64,000 bases of DNA. Origin: Catajapyx aquilonaris. Taxonomy: Eukaryota. Position 1 is the stretch's first letter. Every line of letters begins with the position of its first letter. The notes under the pieces were generated by a model that saw nothing but the letters and a program-made list of their open reading frames with translations, made no database searches and was not told the origin of the DNA. The position numbers and the translations under genes are program-made. Location of the stretch: NCBI GenBank assembly GCA_000934665.2, contig KZ538254.1, positions 1 to 64,000 of the forward strand. The letters run 5' to 3'. This document shows positions 60,753 through 64,000 of the stretch, piece by piece.

Positions 60753-61080
60753 AGAGCCAGATCATTCCTTGGCCGGCGTTCTCGACTCGTAGTCCGTGTG
60801 TGCGTAGGGGCAGGGGCAGGGGCAGGCTGGCCCAGAGTCCGCCCTGGGGCAGCGGGATGAAGGATGGTCGACAGAGGCGCAGTCGCAGGCTGAGAGATGG
60901 GTCCAGGCCGGCCAGATCCTGCCTGAACCTGACTCCGTCCATGCGGAGAACGGCCTCTGGAAGGAGGAACAGCTGGTCCTCCACCTCTTCCTCCTCCTCT
61001 TGCTTCTCTTGGGGCTCTTCTTCTTCTCCTTGTTCTGCCCTGCTGGTGCTGGCTTCGGTGCTAGTGGCGGCCATCAGCAT
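60753..61080 (-). CDS. Candidate alternative first coding exon of ensconsin
   Basis: MLMAATST...EEEVEDQLFLLPEAVLRMDGVRFRQDLAGLDPSLSLRLRLCRPSF...GMIWL, ending CTCT|gtgagt in phase 1, compatible with the acceptor at 44973; lies in a CpG-rich block. Confidence 0.6.
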
Positions 61081-64000
61081 CCTCCTCTTCCAGCCTAGTT
61101 GTTGCGGTGCTGGTGGAGGTTCCGACCTGGCGCAACAGCAGGTCGACGCCGGTGACGGAAGCAGGTCTGCTCCTCCTCCGTCGCCGACGTCGTCTTCTCC
61201 TGCTGGTCCTCTCTGCGCTGCTGTCGATGGGAGAATAACGAGGCGGCGTCTTGGTTCCTCTCCTCCAGATCATCGCCCTCCAGCAGCAGCAGCCTCCAGC
61301 CTGCCGCCTCCGTCGCACTGCGCCAACCAACCAACCCACACAGGCAGGGGCAGACAGACAGCCAGCCAGACAGAGTCAGATCCGGAACACCAGACTGTAC
61401 GGACACACAATATCGATTCCTCACATCCGACTACACCCAACGTGCACCCTGGCCAGCACAACAACGCACTAACACTCGACCACTCCCGTCCGCATCACCG
61501 GCGGCGCCAAATCCAGACGACCGACCGACCGACGACGGGTGCAAGGTACCGTTGGTGTATGGCCAAGGTCACCCCGTATACCGGTTTCTCCCTCCGCCAG
61601 CCACCAAAAACAAGGCCGCAAACACACTCACGCACCTGCCCGTGCCCCGGTGCACGAGACCTGTCAGGTCCGATTGCATCGGAGGAGAACGTATTGCCCG
61701 AGCACCAAGTTATACGACGACCCACTCCACTAGTAACTAGTAGGCAAAAGAGAGGAGGAGGAGGAGGAGGACTCCCTCTTTTCGGGGGGAGGAGGACGGG
61801 GGAGAGAGAGATTCAAGTGGGGAGATGGTGGGGGTGCGCCAATCAGAGCCCGGCCAGCATTCCTCTCCGCCTCAAGACTCTCTCTCTCCCTCCCTACCCA
61901 CCCACACTTTCCAGATTCTCAACCCCCCCTCTTTTCTTCCAATGATGATGATGATGATGCATCCACACCACCGACCGACCGCCTTTCTCACACTGCACTC
62001 TCGACGACGTCGCAGCACCGCCAACACCCAATTTCTCTCTCTCTCTCTGCTGGGGGACCACCAGCACCACAACCAAGGGTCGACGACCCTCCTCTTCTCT
62101 CTTCCAGAGCCGCCTCCTCCCCAAACACACACGTTATCGTCCCATCAGACCAGCGGGTAAGGACCACGTGGCTCCGACGGAAGGAACCGCCGACCGCACC
62201 CACAACCACCAAAGGCAACTTCCTCCCACACATTTCCTTCTCTCCTCTAGTATACATTATTTTCTCTCCGCATACAGCCAGCAGCAATAACAATCCAGCC
62301 CGCCCTCGGTGTCCCCCCGAGGCTTTTTTTTTTTTCAATTCTCTCCGTAAATCACGTATATTGGTTGTTTCCTACACCATACATCTTCATTGATTGGCTC
62401 CATTTTTCACCAAGTTTGCTGCAGACTCGAGCGGCAGCTGGTTGGCTGGATGTGGATCGGGTGCTGCACTGATCCAGTCCAAAAATTCAAGACGGGAAGG
62501 TCCAGCACATAAATCCCATGGTCCCACACGTCGATCAGACAGCCCCATTTTTTTGCCGCATGATTGTTGCTTCTCTTTGAGCGCGGCTGCTGGAGTGAAC
62601 AATATATTAGCATCTTGCCCCCATCAAGGAGAAATGTAATTGGGTAGCAGTGTGCACCAGCCTGTGTGCACCACCATCAGAAGGGGGGGTTTGGAGAAAT
62701 GCGAAGATGCACAGAAAGCTGTAAGGTCTTGGTGGTGTGAGTGTCGCGCTCCACAAAGTTCCTCCATGGTGAGGTATGCGGCCATCATGTTGGTTTTCAA
62801 ATACATAACCCCCCCCCTCCCCCCCCTCCCCCCCACCTCTTATCTTTATAGCCTCCAGCATGCACCATAGTCTCCTCGCTCTCTGGCTTCGAGAATCTAT
62901 TGGCTGAATTTAAGCACAATACCCTCGTCCTTTCTCCGGCCCCCTTTTCATATAGCCAATTCTGGAGTCGAGCTTTTCCGGAGAATCGCAGCTCATACAT
63001 CACCGTGATCATCAGCAACCGAGGGCAAAAGGTGGAGCAAAAGGAGGGCAGAGCTACGTAGTCAAGGGTCGTGCTGCTGTTGCTGCAGGCGGAGACAGCA
63101 TTTGACGTATCGCCCTTTTGGAAGGAAAGAGGGAGGGGGGAGGATATGGAGGGAGGTGGAGGTTGGGTGGGGTGGCACACCGGTCTTGCTTCATGCGCAA
63201 TGACTCCAATACTACTTCCGCCATCACATCACAGCTGCCCCACCACCACAACCACCTCCAGGCAGGCAGGCAGTCTCCATCTCTCAACAATGGCTATCGG
63301 GGAGGGCGTTGTCTTCATCACTGCCAAACTCATCTTCCTGCTCTCTCTCTCTCTCTCTCATTTCTACTCACACCTGACAATCCGACTCAAATATTCTCTC
63401 TTTTCGCCAATTGCACACATTTCAGGGATAATTACTCGAGGGGGACACACCCCCCACTCTTGCGCGACTTTTCCTATCATGTTCTCACCCTCCAGGCTCT
63501 CTTTTTTTTTACTCCAATACCGTTCGCTTCTTCTCTGCATGGTCATGGCCGTGTGTCGCCTGCATTTTCAAACCATGACGAATGAGGATTGGAGGGAGGG
63601 GGGGGNATGTAGAGGAGGTACAGTAAATGGGGTGAGGGGGGTGGAGGGGGGAATGCGGAAGTACGCCTGCTGTGCAATGTGTGTGTTTATATGCCCGAAT
63701 CGCCCAACTCAATGGGGATTGGTGACTTATACGTACGCATGGGCCACATTATGATGCATCGCGGGACGAGGAGGCGCAGCGAGAGGTCCCAATGTGAGCA
63801 TGGTCACGTATAAAACACATGGTGAGAGTGACATATTATATACTCCTCGAGTTCAAATGAACAAGACACGGACCATTCACTGTGCCAACCAGTTTCGAAA
63901 AGAAAAGGAACACTGGGCATGCAAATGTGACCCTGATTGTTGCTCATTCGTTATTCCAATTGGGTTGCTTCTCTACACTGCTGGTTGCTGGGGATGAACA

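Noticed and set aside
60656..61945. 429-aa plus-strand ORF
   Set aside because: GC-rich, low-complexity, microsatellite-derived sequence antisense to a better minus-strand exon; no recognisable domain.
62797..63290. Further minus-strand ORFs as possible ensconsin first exons
   Set aside because: I found no convincing phase-1 donor or distinctive peptide; not supportable without transcripts.

Overview
Eukaryotic animal genomic DNA, probably an arthropod (inferred from arthropod-type ensconsin motifs), with many 60-250 nt GT-AG introns and four N-gaps at poly-G runs. Four spliced protein-coding genes lie in tandem on the minus strand; I rebuilt them by hand with phase-consistent splice sites. 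(1) An MRP1/ABCC1-type ABC transporter (5551-15309, about 1530 aa) whose TMD1-NBD1-TMD2-NBD2 core is almost all in one 3.67-kb exon. (2) A leucine-rich-repeat protein (16784-18904, about 480 aa) with an acidic tail ending in GQFSDAE, a 6/7 match to the PRMT5-adaptor motif GQF[DE]DA[DE], reached only through a GC-AG intron. (3) A DC-STAMP-domain/C4C4-RING protein of the DCST2/SPE-42/sneaky family (21171-29336) whose normal end can be spliced in frame onto a 4.7-kb exon encoding a ~1570-aa charged, His-rich, repeat-rich tail; the splice donor overlaps an in-frame stop codon. (4) Ensconsin/MAP7 (30817 to at least 61080) with several phase-compatible alternative first exons. Mobile DNA: a decayed LINE with an (ATTG)n tail, two tRNA-headed SINEs with TSDs, a hAT-like MITE containing a probable solo LTR, a piggyBac-type MITE (one full and one partial copy), a Helitron-like 3' end and a mariner-type MITE. 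All gene models are sequence-based predictions; no database search or transcript data were available.
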